Shown in pieces: positions 8,760-18,500 of a DNA stretch of 64,000 nucleotides. Each line of letters starts with the position of its first letter. Positions within the stretch are counted from its first letter, which is position 1. Under the pieces are notes generated by a model that did not search any database, was not told the origin of the DNA, and worked only from the letters and a program-made list of their open reading frames with translations. The stretch comes from Candidatus Eiseniibacteriota bacterium (lineage in GTDB: Bacteria > Arandabacterota > Arandabacteria > Arandabacterales > Arandabacteraceae), in NCBI GenBank assembly GCA_043810925.1, contig JBDRNT010000094.1:14113-78112 (forward strand). The letters are read 5' to 3'. Both the position numbers and the translations under genes were made by a program.

Positions 8760-10004
8760 CTATTTGGGGCCTTCTGAATTGCCGGCTTTATCCAGTCCGA
8801 GGTCCGTGTGCAGTCTTTGTATTGCGCGGACTACCTCCGTCTCTTTTACTGCGACGGTCATGGTGATTCCCGACGTTGAGATCATCTCCGGTTGGAGGTC
8901 AAGTGAAGCCAGTGAGGCAAGGATCTTCTTCGCCATGCCCGGTTTGCCACAGAGACCGTGACCGACGATGGAAATCGTCGCCAGTCCTTCATCGATGTCG
9001 AGGTCCGCGTCCGGGAGCACTTCAGAGATGCGGCTGAGCGCCGGTTTCTTCTGATCGCGTTGGAGCATTATGGAGATGGTCCCTTTCCTGACGCCGGCGG
9101 GGGAGATGTTGAAGAATCTCACCCCGATGTCCGCTTCTTCAAGAGCTCCGAGCATACGTTGGGCAAGACCGGCGGCGTCTTCGGCGTCTCTGACGCTGAC
9201 GCTGACGAGGTCTAAGTCCTGGGTGATTCCTCTTATCCCGGCGGTTTCGATATCTTCCCTTGCTGTCACGATTGTCCCAATCTCCTTCCTGAAGGACGAG
9301 CGCACATGCACTCTCACTCCGAAACGCCTTGCAACCTCGACACTCCTCCAATGAAGAACCTGCGCTCCGCAAAGCGATAGCTCGAGCATCTCGTCATAGG
9401 ATATTATCTCGATCTTCCTGGCACGGGGCACGAGGCGTGGGTCGGCGGTATAGATTCCATCGACGTCCGTGAAAATGTCGCACTCCTCGGCGTGAAAAGC
9501 CGCTGCGAGCGCCACGCAGGTCGTATCGGACCCGCCCCTGCCCAGAGTTGTGACCTCTTTTGCAGGACTTACGCCCTGAAACCCGGCGACGATTACGATT
9601 CTCCCCTTCTCGAGCTCCTCCCCGACCCGATGCGCTCTGACATCCAGTATCTTGGCTGTCGTGTGGCTCGTATCGGTCACAATCCCGCTCTGAGAACCGG
9701 TGAAGGATATCGCCTCATATCCGAGATCGCTTATGGCCATTGAGAGAAGAGCCATGGAGATCCTCTCCCCGGCGGTAAGCAGCATGTCGAGTTCCCGTTT
9801 CGACGGGTTTGGGGACACCGTCTTAGCCAGTTCGAAGAGCTGGTCGGTGGTGTCCCCCATCGCGGACACGACCACGATAACGTCCTTACCCTGTCTCTTC
9901 TCTTCAACCAGGTGTGCGGCGACCATCTTGATCCTGTCGGGGGAGGCAAGGGATGTCCCCCCGAACTTCTGCACAACCAGGGTGCCCGATCTCACTTTTG
10001 CCAC
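8760..10004 (-). CDS. lysC: Aspartate kinase
   Basis: [45 protein letters not shown] and ACT domains. Confidence 0.95.
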   Translation of the reverse strand: MAKVRSGTLVVQKFGGTSLASPDRIKMVAAHLVEEKRQGKDVIVVVSAMGDTTDQLFELAKTVSPNPSKRELDMLLTAGERISMALLSMAISDLGYEAISFTGSQSGIVTDTSHTTAKILDVRAHRVGEELEKGRIVIVAGFQGVSPAKEVTTLGRGGSDTTCVALAAAFHAEECDIFTDVDGIYTADPRLVPRARKIEIISYDEMLELSLCGAQVLHWRSVEVARRFGVRVHVRSSFRKEIGTIVTAREDIETAGIRGITQDLDLVSVSVRDAEDAAGLAQRMLGALEEADIGVRFFNISPAGVRKGTISIMLQRDQKKPALSRISEVLPDADLDIDEGLATISIVGHGLCGKPGMAKKILASLASLDLQPEMISTSGITMTVAVKETEVVRAIQRLHTDLGLDKAGNSEGPK

Positions 10005-10110
10005 GTTTCTCCTCGCTTTACTTCTTAGACGAAGTTATGTTAAGGTGCTGGTTCAGCGATTTGCAAGCGATATATAATATGTGGTTGTTTCACATGATAA
10101 GGAGGCTAAG

Positions 10111-10749
10111 ATGTCGAGAAAACTATGCTTGGCGGTCGCAGCCCTGATCACCCTGACTCTCGTCATCGGCTGTGGCGGCCGTGCGGTGAAACGTGCCCCG
10201 GTTGAGGATGTGACCCGTGACCTGGACCCCGATACCAGGGTCGAGATGCTTGAGCAGTTGGCCGTCAACTTTCCCGATGATGCCAACGTGTACTACGAGC
10301 TCGGCAATACCTTCTATGAACAGGCGTTGCCCAACGATGCCAGGCGCAACTATGAGAAGGCCCTCGGTCTCGACCCCGAAATGAACCCCGCGCGGGTGAA
10401 CCTGGCGATGCTGCTCGCCGAATCGGATGAGGTTGACAGTGCTAAGGTTCTTCTCAGAGAAGCCCTCGAAATCAATCCGAACGATGCCAAGGCATATACC
10501 AATCTCGGCGTCGTCTATTACACAGAGATGAACGTCGATGCGGCTGTGAAGCAATTCACCAAGGCGCTTGAGATCGAGCCGGACAACCTCGAGGCACACT
10601 ATAATCTGGGACTTGCGTTTGCGGAGTCCGGGCTGCTTGTCGAGGCGATAACCGAGTGGAGGCTGATCGTGGAGTTGGACGAAACCAGCGAGACAGCAGA
10701 GCGGGCAAGGCTCTCACTCGATCGCGCCGAGAGGGATCTGAAAAAGTAA
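10111..10749 (+). CDS. TPR-repeat lipoprotein
   Basis: RBS AAGGAGG; lipobox LVIGC; repeats such as AYTNLGVVY and AHYNLGLA. Confidence 0.8.
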   Translation: MSRKLCLAVAALITLTLVIGCGGRAVKRAPVEDVTRDLDPDTRVEMLEQLAVNFPDDANVYYELGNTFYEQALPNDARRNYEKALGLDPEMNPARVNLAMLLAESDEVDSAKVLLREALEINPNDAKAYTNLGVVYYTEMNVDAAVKQFTKALEIEPDNLEAHYNLGLAFAESGLLVEAITEWRLIVELDETSETAERARLSLDRAERDLKK

Positions 10750-10837
10750 CGGATTGACACCGATTGACCGATTTGTTAATGTCTGGCGTCAAGAACTTGT
10801 CATACGCTTGATGGGCATATTGAAAGGAGCGGAATCA

Positions 10838-11980
10838 ATGGCGGCGAGGATCGCAGCGATTTCCTTTCTGGTTATGGCACTCGCACTGGTTATAGGATGC
10901 GTAAGCCAGCAGGCATCCGACACCCCTCGACCTTCTCCGGATAGAGACGACATAGAGGTAAGCGAGGTTGACAAGCATTACTATCTGGGGGCGGAGTACC
11001 TGAGAAACGACATGTTCGGGGAAGCCACGAGGGAGTTTTTGGCTGTCCTGGAGATCGATCCCAACTATCAGAAGGCCTACACCAACCTGGGTTTCATATA
11101 CCTCCAGCAGAGACGGCTTACCGAGTCGATCGAGGCGTATCAGAAGGCCGTCGAACTGTCGCCGAATGATTCCGAGGGACATGCAGGTTTGGGCTGGGCC
11201 TATATGGCTGATGGGCAGTTCAAGGAGGCGACCGAGGAGTACAGAATCGCCACCAAACTGGCGCCGAACGCCCCCGACAACTTCCTCAATCTCGGGGCTG
11301 CGTATGAAAAGCAGGGGCTTCTGCCTGAAGCGATCGAGTCATATCGCAAGGCCGTGGAACTCAAGCCCGATGACCTCAGTAACGTCCTGACCCTGGGTAA
11401 CCTGCTCTATGAGAACGAGCTATTCGTCGATGCGATAAGCGTTTACACGCACGCTGTCACGCTGGCTCCCGAGGAGTTCAGTGTCGTAAAAACACTCGGG
11501 TGGTTGCATCTCAAGGTAGAGGACTACGAGTCGGCCATTGAGTTTTATGAGAAAGCCGCAGCGATGAAACCTGAAGATGGCCAGCTGAGGTACTGGCTGG
11601 CCGCCTCATACGATAAGATTGGGAACGCGTCGAAGTCCATAGAACACATGGAGAAGGCGCTGGAGCTCAATCCTGAGAATCCCGACTTCTACTGGCTTCT
11701 GGCCGACCAGTATGTGAAGGTGAAGAGGTACAGTGACGCGATATCGGTTGTGCGGCGGGAACTTGAAATAAGGCCCAAGAGTGCGGCCGCCTACTGCATC
11801 TGGGGCAAGGCGCTTGAGAAGCAGGGAGACTTCGAAGGGGCTATCAACAAGTTCCAGAGGGCGGTGGAGTGTAACGACCCCGCCTGGCATGACTACGCCA
11901 TTAAGGAAATAGGGCGTCAGGAGGCGCTGATCAAACGGCGCGAGGCCATAGAGGAACAGGAAGCCTTCGACGACGAGTAG
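10838..11980 (+). CDS. TPR-repeat lipoprotein
   Basis: RBS AAGGAG; lipobox LVIGC; about 9 TPR repeats. Confidence 0.8.
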   Translation: MAARIAAISFLVMALALVIGCVSQQASDTPRPSPDRDDIEVSEVDKHYYLGAEYLRNDMFGEATREFLAVLEIDPNYQKAYTNLGFIYLQQRRLTESIEAYQKAVELSPNDSEGHAGLGWAYMADGQFKEATEEYRIATKLAPNAPDNFLNLGAAYEKQGLLPEAIESYRKAVELKPDDLSNVLTLGNLLYENELFVDAISVYTHAVTLAPEEFSVVKTLGWLHLKVEDYESAIEFYEKAAAMKPEDGQLRYWLAASYDKIGNASKSIEHMEKALELNPENPDFYWLLADQYVKVKRYSDAISVVRRELEIRPKSAAAYCIWGKALEKQGDFEGAINKFQRAVECNDPAWHDYAIKEIGRQEALIKRREAIEEQEAFDDE

Positions 11981-11986
11981 CCTACC

Positions 11987-12096
11987 GGGGTCAGGACAAT
12001 TCCGGTGATAATTTCGGTGACACCAAACTTAATTATTGTCAATTAAGTTTGGTGTCACCGAAATTGTTAGCATCGGAATTTTCGAGCTCTGACCCC
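11987..12096. repeat. Long palindrome bounded by GGGGTCAG/CTGACCCC units
   Basis: Perfect 25-bp core inverted repeat AATTTCGGTGACACCAAACTTAATT / AATTAAGTTTGGTGTCACCGAAATT with imperfect outer arms. Confidence 0.85.
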
Positions 12097-12127
12097 ATTT
12101 ACTCTGCCCCCCTTTGCCCCTTTGTTC

Positions 12128-12156
12128 TTGACACTCCCGTAACCTGTTATTATACA
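12128..12156 (+). promoter_or_regulatory. Probable promoter of the tRNA cluster
   Basis: TTGACA at 12128 followed by the AT-rich -10 region TATTATACAAT, about 30 nt upstream of tRNA-Ser. Confidence 0.55.
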
Positions 12157-12183
12157 ATATAAGTAGCCGGATTCCCCATTTGT

Positions 12184-12269
12184 GGAGGGATGGCCGAGCG
12201 GTCGAAGGCGGCGGTCTTGAAAACCGTTGACCGAAAGGTCCGTGGGTTCGAATCCTACTCCCTCCGCCA
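12184..12269 (+). tRNA. tRNA-Ser(TGA)
   Basis: Cloverleaf with long variable arm, anticodon loop CT-TGA-AA, GTTCGAATC, encoded CCA. Confidence 0.95.
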
Positions 12270-12291
12270 TCTGAGTTTCCGGAGGAATCGG

Positions 12292-12387
<96 letters not shown>

Positions 12388-12421
12388 GACAAGGTAATGG
12401 AGGAAGATAGGCTTGGAGAAT

Positions 12422-12495
12422 GCGCCTGTAGCTCAATTGGATAGAGCGCGTGGCTACGGACCACGAGGCTGCGGGTTCAAATCCTGCCAGGCGCG
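12422..12495 (+). tRNA. tRNA-Arg(ACG), CCA not encoded
   Basis: GCGCCTG/CAGGCGC acceptor stem; anticodon arm CGTGG-CT-ACG-GA-CCACG; GTTCAAATC. Confidence 0.95.
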
Positions 12496-12528
12496 CTCCT
12501 TACACTAAGTGATGTGGGGGGTAAGAAG

Positions 12529-13407
12529 ATGAGAACTGCCGTCGTGACAGTAACTGCCGTATTGATCCTGCTGGCCGTGGTGCAGGTGGGCCCCGAGGCG
12601 AGAACGTTGAAGGTGCCGGAAGACTTCAAGGGTGTACAGGAGGCGGTCGGTGAGGCAACGTACGGTGACACAATACTGGTGTCCCCGGGGACTTACAAGG
12701 TCCAGGCCAAACTGAGGAGCGGTGTCAAGGTCCTCTCAACAGACGGTCCTGACTCGACCGTTTTGTGGAACAGACGCTGGCATATCCTGGAGCTGATCGA
12801 TTGCGATCTCGAAACCGAGATTTCGGGCTTCACCTTCGAGGGCAAAGGCTGCAACACTTGTCTGCCGTGTACTACAGGGGCTCCGGCGATCACCGGCAAC
12901 GTGATCAAGAACTCCTGGGACGGCATCAATCTGCTTAACTGCAATGCTCTTGTCTCAGGCAACACCATAACCGGCTGTAACCGGGGTGTTTACCTTGAAT
13001 ACAGCGACCCGGAGCTGATAGAGAACACCTTCACGCGAAATGGTGACGCGGTCTCGATGGTCGGCGGTGCCCCCGTGATCGCCAGATGCACGTTCGAGCA
13101 TAACGGCAGAGCATTTCTTATCTTCGGGCACTCCTATCCCACAATCGGAGGCTCGCTGACAACGGCAAACAACATCCTTACAAACGGTTTCATGGTTTAC
13201 AATGCAGGTCTACGCATAGACGGTACGTTGTATACAGATGAAAAAGAAGTAGCTGTGGCGACTCATAACTACTGGGGAAGCGATTGCCCGGACGGCAAGC
13301 GGAACCGGGGAGAGGTCGCTTTCACTCCGTGGACCAACGCGGCGCATGACTCGGTGTTTTACGATTGTCCGGAGGCGCCGATCATGGAAGAGGACACATC
13401 TGAGTGA
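12529..13407 (+). CDS. Secreted right-handed parallel beta-helix (pectin lyase/NosD-like) protein
   Basis: Signal peptide; LKVPEDF..VQEAV..A..GDTILVSPGTY; Asn-rich beta-helix repeats; NYWG. Confidence 0.75.
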   Translation: MRTAVVTVTAVLILLAVVQVGPEARTLKVPEDFKGVQEAVGEATYGDTILVSPGTYKVQAKLRSGVKVLSTDGPDSTVLWNRRWHILELIDCDLETEISGFTFEGKGCNTCLPCTTGAPAITGNVIKNSWDGINLLNCNALVSGNTITGCNRGVYLEYSDPELIENTFTRNGDAVSMVGGAPVIARCTFEHNGRAFLIFGHSYPTIGGSLTTANNILTNGFMVYNAGLRIDGTLYTDEKEVAVATHNYWGSDCPDGKRNRGEVAFTPWTNAAHDSVFYDCPEAPIMEEDTSE

Positions 13408-13470
13408 TCCGGTTCCGGGGTTGGTTCCGGGGGCACACCGGTGTGGCTGTCCGTGTCCGGAGGTGGGATA

Positions 13471-15516
13471 TTGCCTGAGATCTCCAGAAGGGATCGCAGG
13501 CTGCTGTTTCTGATAGTACTGATAGCCCTTGCCATAAGGGTTGCCTATCTGATCGACATACGGGACTCACCGTATTTCGAATACCCTGTACTCGATTCCT
13601 TCTGGTATGACGCCAAGGCCGAAGACGTCCTGGCCGGGGACACTCTCGCAAGCAGCGGGTCTTTCAGGGTTCCGCTTTACACGTATTTCATCGCAGCATG
13701 CTATTCGGTGTTCGGTCATGGATTCATGGCCCCCCTCGTGATCCAGGCAATGCTCGGGGCTCTCACGTGCGGACTGTGCTTCCTTATCGCCCGGCGGCTT
13801 TTCGGGCGGTTGGCGGGGGTGGTCGCGGGTCTTGGATTTGCCCTTTACAGGATGGCCGTCTACTCCGACGGTGAGTTGCTGCCCACAACCCTTTTCATGT
13901 TCTTCATGTTAGTGGCCGTTTATTTCATCCTGGCGGGGATCCGTGCCCGCCCCGTTTCAAACGGTGTGCTGACCGGGTTGTTTCTTGGCCTGGCGTTTCT
14001 GACCAGACCCGACATACTGCCATTCGCCGTTGTCACCGTCGCAGTCATACTGGTCCTCGTCGGGTTTGCCAAGGGCGTTCGCTTCGTCGTCCCGATGTGC
14101 GCCCTGCTGGTCGCACTCATGCTGCTTCTCGGCTGCAGAAACCACCTGGCATTCGGTGAGTTCCACGTGTTCTCGCCCCAGGGTGCGGTGAATTTCTATA
14201 TCGGAAACGCCGGTTTCGCCGATGGCAAGACGCCCGTTGCGCCTTTGACCCGGTACCCCTATCAAGTCGCAGCGGACCCCAGCGAGGACTCGATCACACT
14301 CGCCTGTAAACAGGCCGCCGCAGAAGAGGTGGGCAGGGTACTCACCGACAGGGAGCTTTCGAGATACTATGTCCTGAAAACATTCGGTGAGATAGGTGAT
14401 GACTTCCCCCGCTGGCTCGGCCTGGTTTCAAAAAAGGTCTACTACTTCCTGAACACCTACGAGCGCAGTGATATTAAACTGATACCACGCTTTGTCCAGA
14501 GACATTCGGCCGTTCTCAGACTTCCGCTCATCCCGTATGCAGTGGTGATGCCCCTTGGAGTCGTGGGAATGGGTCTCGCAATCCTGCGGCGGAGAAGACG
14601 TGTCTGGATTATCACAGCAGGTCTCCTGGCCTTTGCTGCAAACGCGCTCATCTTTTTTGTGATCTGGAGGTACCGTCTTCCCGCTGTCCCGTTCCTGGCC
14701 ATTCTTGCGGGCTACGCCGTGACGGAAACGTGTGTTGCACTGCGCGAAAGGGCCTTTAGAACGGTCATAGTGATGCTTGGGGCCGCGCTCGTCCTCGGGC
14801 TGATCTCGGTATCAAGCCTCTGGCGGGTCGCTGAAGAGGACTGGACGAGCCAGTACATAGCCAACGAAGGCGCTCTTTTCATGAAGGCTGAAAGATACGA
14901 AGAGGCGACCGAGCTTTACAAGGAAGCGATAGAGGCCGAGCCGTCGAACCCGGCTTCATACTTCTATCTGGGCAAAGCCTATGCGACGCGCGGACTCATC
15001 GATGAATCGAAAGAGATGATGGAAAAGGCCGTGATGTTAAGTGCCGGCTACGAGCCGTTTGCCCATCAGACCCTTGGAGTGGCATTTGCCAACAGCGGGG
15101 ACTTCGCATCGGCGGTCGCTGAGTTCGAAAAGGCGCTTGCTGCGGACGGCGAGCTCGGGCTGGCGGCGTTCAATCTCGGTCTGTGTAATATGAGCCTGGG
15201 CAACTACGAGGAGGCAGAAAAAGCCTTCACACGTGCTGAGTTTCTTTGTAAAGATGATAGTGGGGTGTTGGTGGCCATTGCCCGGGCATTCGTCAACATG
15301 GGCCGGCAAGAGAGGGGGATCAGGCTTGCGCAGACCGTGCTTCGCGACGATCCTCATAACCCGGAAGCCCTCTATACGGTCGGTCTCGGGTTGGAAGGGC
15401 AGGGAAGAGTTCCCGAGGCGATCGTCTACTTCGAAAGAGCACTCAGGTTCCTTCCTTCAGCTCAGGAGATAAGACAGAAGATAATTGACCTGAAGAGGCG
15501 GCAGTCTATGCAATGA
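13471..15516 (+). CDS. GT-C/PMT-like (family 39-like) membrane glycosyltransferase with C-terminal TPR repeats
   Basis: DSFWYD loop after TM1, LTRPD, RYRLP motifs, many TM helices followed by TPRs; TTG start behind GGAGGTGG (start uncertain). Confidence 0.7.
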   Translation: MPEISRRDRRLLFLIVLIALAIRVAYLIDIRDSPYFEYPVLDSFWYDAKAEDVLAGDTLASSGSFRVPLYTYFIAACYSVFGHGFMAPLVIQAMLGALTCGLCFLIARRLFGRLAGVVAGLGFALYRMAVYSDGELLPTTLFMFFMLVAVYFILAGIRARPVSNGVLTGLFLGLAFLTRPDILPFAVVTVAVILVLVGFAKGVRFVVPMCALLVALMLLLGCRNHLAFGEFHVFSPQGAVNFYIGNAGFADGKTPVAPLTRYPYQVAADPSEDSITLACKQAAAEEVGRVLTDRELSRYYVLKTFGEIGDDFPRWLGLVSKKVYYFLNTYERSDIKLIPRFVQRHSAVLRLPLIPYAVVMPLGVVGMGLAILRRRRRVWIITAGLLAFAANALIFFVIWRYRLPAVPFLAILAGYAVTETCVALRERAFRTVIVMLGAALVLGLISVSSLWRVAEEDWTSQYIANEGALFMKAERYEEATELYKEAIEAEPSNPASYFYLGKAYATRGLIDESKEMMEKAVMLSAGYEPFAHQTLGVAFANSGDFASAVAEFEKALAADGELGLAAFNLGLCNMSLGNYEEAEKAFTRAEFLCKDDSGVLVAIARAFVNMGRQERGIRLAQTVLRDDPHNPEALYTVGLGLEGQGRVPEAIVYFERALRFLPSAQEIRQKIIDLKRRQSMQ

Positions 15517-18500
15517 AGCGTCAACTTGCAGTGAGACTACTGGTGTTGCTTGCGGTCCTCCTTGCGGGCAGGTCTGCCTGCGCCGTGGCTCTGAGACCGG
15601 ATGTGTTCGAAAGACTGCATAGCGAGGGCCGGGTGGAGCATGTCAGGCAGATGCTGGAGCTCAAACGGGCCGAGGAACCTGTCGATCGAAACGTAAAGAC
15701 GGCCGGTTCGCTGAGAGCCCTTGTGTTGATGATCGACTTCGACGACGTTGCGGCAGACACGATCCTCCATTCCAGGCAGCACTTTAACGAGATGCTCTTC
15801 AGCCTCGACAACGAGCTGAGCATGAGAAACTACTACCTCTGGAGCTCGTACGGTGCACTTGATATAACGGGCGAGATTTACGGGTGGTTCAGGGTGAAGG
15901 AGCCGCTCTCCTATTACGCCAACAGCAATGCCGGCATGGATGCATATCCCAGAAACGCCCAGAAGATGATTGAAGATGCCCTCGATGCGGCAGACTACCG
16001 GGTGGATTTCTCGCAGTTCGACAATGACGGGCCTGACGGCATCCCCGACAGCGGCGATGACGACGGCTATGTCGATTTCCTCATGGTCGTGCATGCCGGG
16101 CAAGGCTACGAGCAGACGATGAACCCGGGGCACATCCATTCACATGTCTCGACGATCAGGGCCAGGCCGGTGGACGGTGTATATGCCAGGATGTATTCGA
16201 CCGAACCCGAGGACGGACCCGTGGGAACCTTCGCGCACGAATTCGGTCACCTGCTGGGGTTGCCCGACCTGTATGACATAACGCTCAACACTTACGGGCT
16301 CGGGATGTGGTCGCTGATGGCTTACGGCTCGTGGGGTGAGGGGGGACGCCGCCCGGTAGGGCTCGACCCATGGTGCAAGACCCAGCTGGGTTTCCTGGAA
16401 CCGGTTGTGATCGACAGCAATTACGTGGAATACGAGCTTCCGTGCATTGAGGATGGGCCGGACGCGCTTAAGCTGTGGAGCCAAGGTGAGACGGGGAAGC
16501 AGTACTTCATGGTTGAGAACAGGAGAAGCAAGTCCTGGGATTCGTGGCTGACGTGGTTTGACGAGGGGCTGCTTGTCTATCACGTCGACGAGAGACACCA
16601 GGATAACTCGAGCGATTCCGGGCATCTCATAAGTCTTGAACAGGCGGACGGAAGGTTCGATCTTGAAGAGAGGAGACTCTGGGGTTTCGGATCGGATGGA
16701 GGAGACCCCTATCCGGGAGAGACCGGTAACAGGACGTTCAGCTGGTGGACGAGGCCGGACAATCAATCGAACGAGGGCAGTCCCACACAGGTCAGCCTGC
16801 GGAACATCAGTGATCCCGGCGATGTCATGACATTCGATGTTGAGGTCTGGTCGCCTGTGATCCTGTTTGAAGACTATCGGATCGATGACGAGTCCGGGGA
16901 CGGAGACGGCGAGCCTGACCCGGGTGAGGAAATAAATCTGGGTCTGAGATTCAGAAATCGCGGTATAACCTGTGATGACCTCACAGTCACCCTGCGTACG
17001 GATGATCCCCACGTAACCCCCGGTGAGACCGTGGTCTTGCTTGAAGCAATCGAGGGCGGTTCCCTTTCGGGGGTGTCTAACATCTCCATGCAGATAGATG
17101 AGACCGTTCCCGAGCCTTACGATGTTGAGTTCGAGATCACGATCGAGGGCACTCATGCCTATGGGATCTATCAGTCCACGGACAGGTTCGTGCTCGGGGT
17201 CCCCGTGAGGAGACTGCCGGGCTGGCCCGTGTTCGCCGGTGATGGCATGACCGCTTCACCGGCCGTCGCTGATCTGGATGGTGACGGCGTCAAGGAGATC
17301 ATTGTCGGCTGCAATGACGGCATGCTCTATGCGTGGAAACTGGACGGCACACCCGTTCCCGGGTGGCCGGCAGTGGTCGGGGCACCCGTACACTCGAAAC
17401 CTGCCGTTTGTGATGTCGATCTGGATTTCAGATCCGAAGTGGTCGTAACCTCCAGGGATGGGCGTGTCCATGTCTTTGAGAATGACGGTACCCCTTGTCC
17501 GGGATGGCCCCGGTCCACGGGAGACCAGATCCTGTCATCGGCGCTGCTTGCCGACATCGATGATGACGGCATCGTTGAGATCATCTGTGGTTCGACCGAC
17601 GGTCAGGTGTACGCATGGAATGAGAATGGTGGCCTGGTAAGTGGATGGCCCGTTGACATGGGCGGGTCCGAGGTATGGATGTCTGCTGCTGCCGCGGACG
17701 TCGATGGTGACCATCTTGAAGAAGTCGTAATCGGTGGCTACGGGGGGCCGCTATATGTCCTGGATGGGAACGGCGAAGTCCTCAGTGGCTGGCCTGCGCC
17801 GGTAGGGCGCGGTTGTGGCGACGGTTCGCCTTGCGTTGCGGACTTCGATGGTGACGGTACGCTCGAGATCGCGATTTCGGGTCTGTTCTCGAATTCGATC
17901 TACCTGGTCGGCCTGGACGGCAGGATAAGGCCCGGGTGGCCCAGGTGGCCGTTCAACTGCCATGAACTCAGCAATCCGGTTCCTGCAGATATCGACAACG
18001 ACGGCCTGCCCGAGGTCGCTGTGTCGACTTCGTGCGGTACCATTGTCGCCTGGAATGCGAACGGTTCCCAGTGCAATGCCATAGAGGCCCATGCTCCCGA
18101 TCCGATCCGGGGGTGTGAACCCATTTTCCTTGATATCGACGGTAATGGCAGCATCGAAGGACTGGCCGGTACCTCCGAGTATGGCGACGGCGAGGTATAC
18201 GTGTTCGGGAGTGAAGGTGTGCTGACGGGATTTCCGATTGACGTCGGTGGGGAGGTTGCGGCCACACCTGTTGTGGATGATCTCGATGGCGACGGTAATG
18301 CCGAGATAGTGGCCGTGACGAAGGCCGGCCAGGTGTACGTATGGCGTTTCGTTGGTCCGAAGCAGACCGGGAGGATCGAGTACTCGCAGTCAAGGTCCAA
18401 CGTCTGGAATACAGGCCACTATGATTTCGTCCCTCATGACAACATTCCGCTTGCCGACCTTGCCCTGAGTGCAGGGGATATCTCCCTTGATCCTCATGAA

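Noticed and set aside
10005..10110. Lysine riboswitch upstream of lysC
   Set aside because: The divergent intergenic region is only about 105 nt and lacks the consensus.
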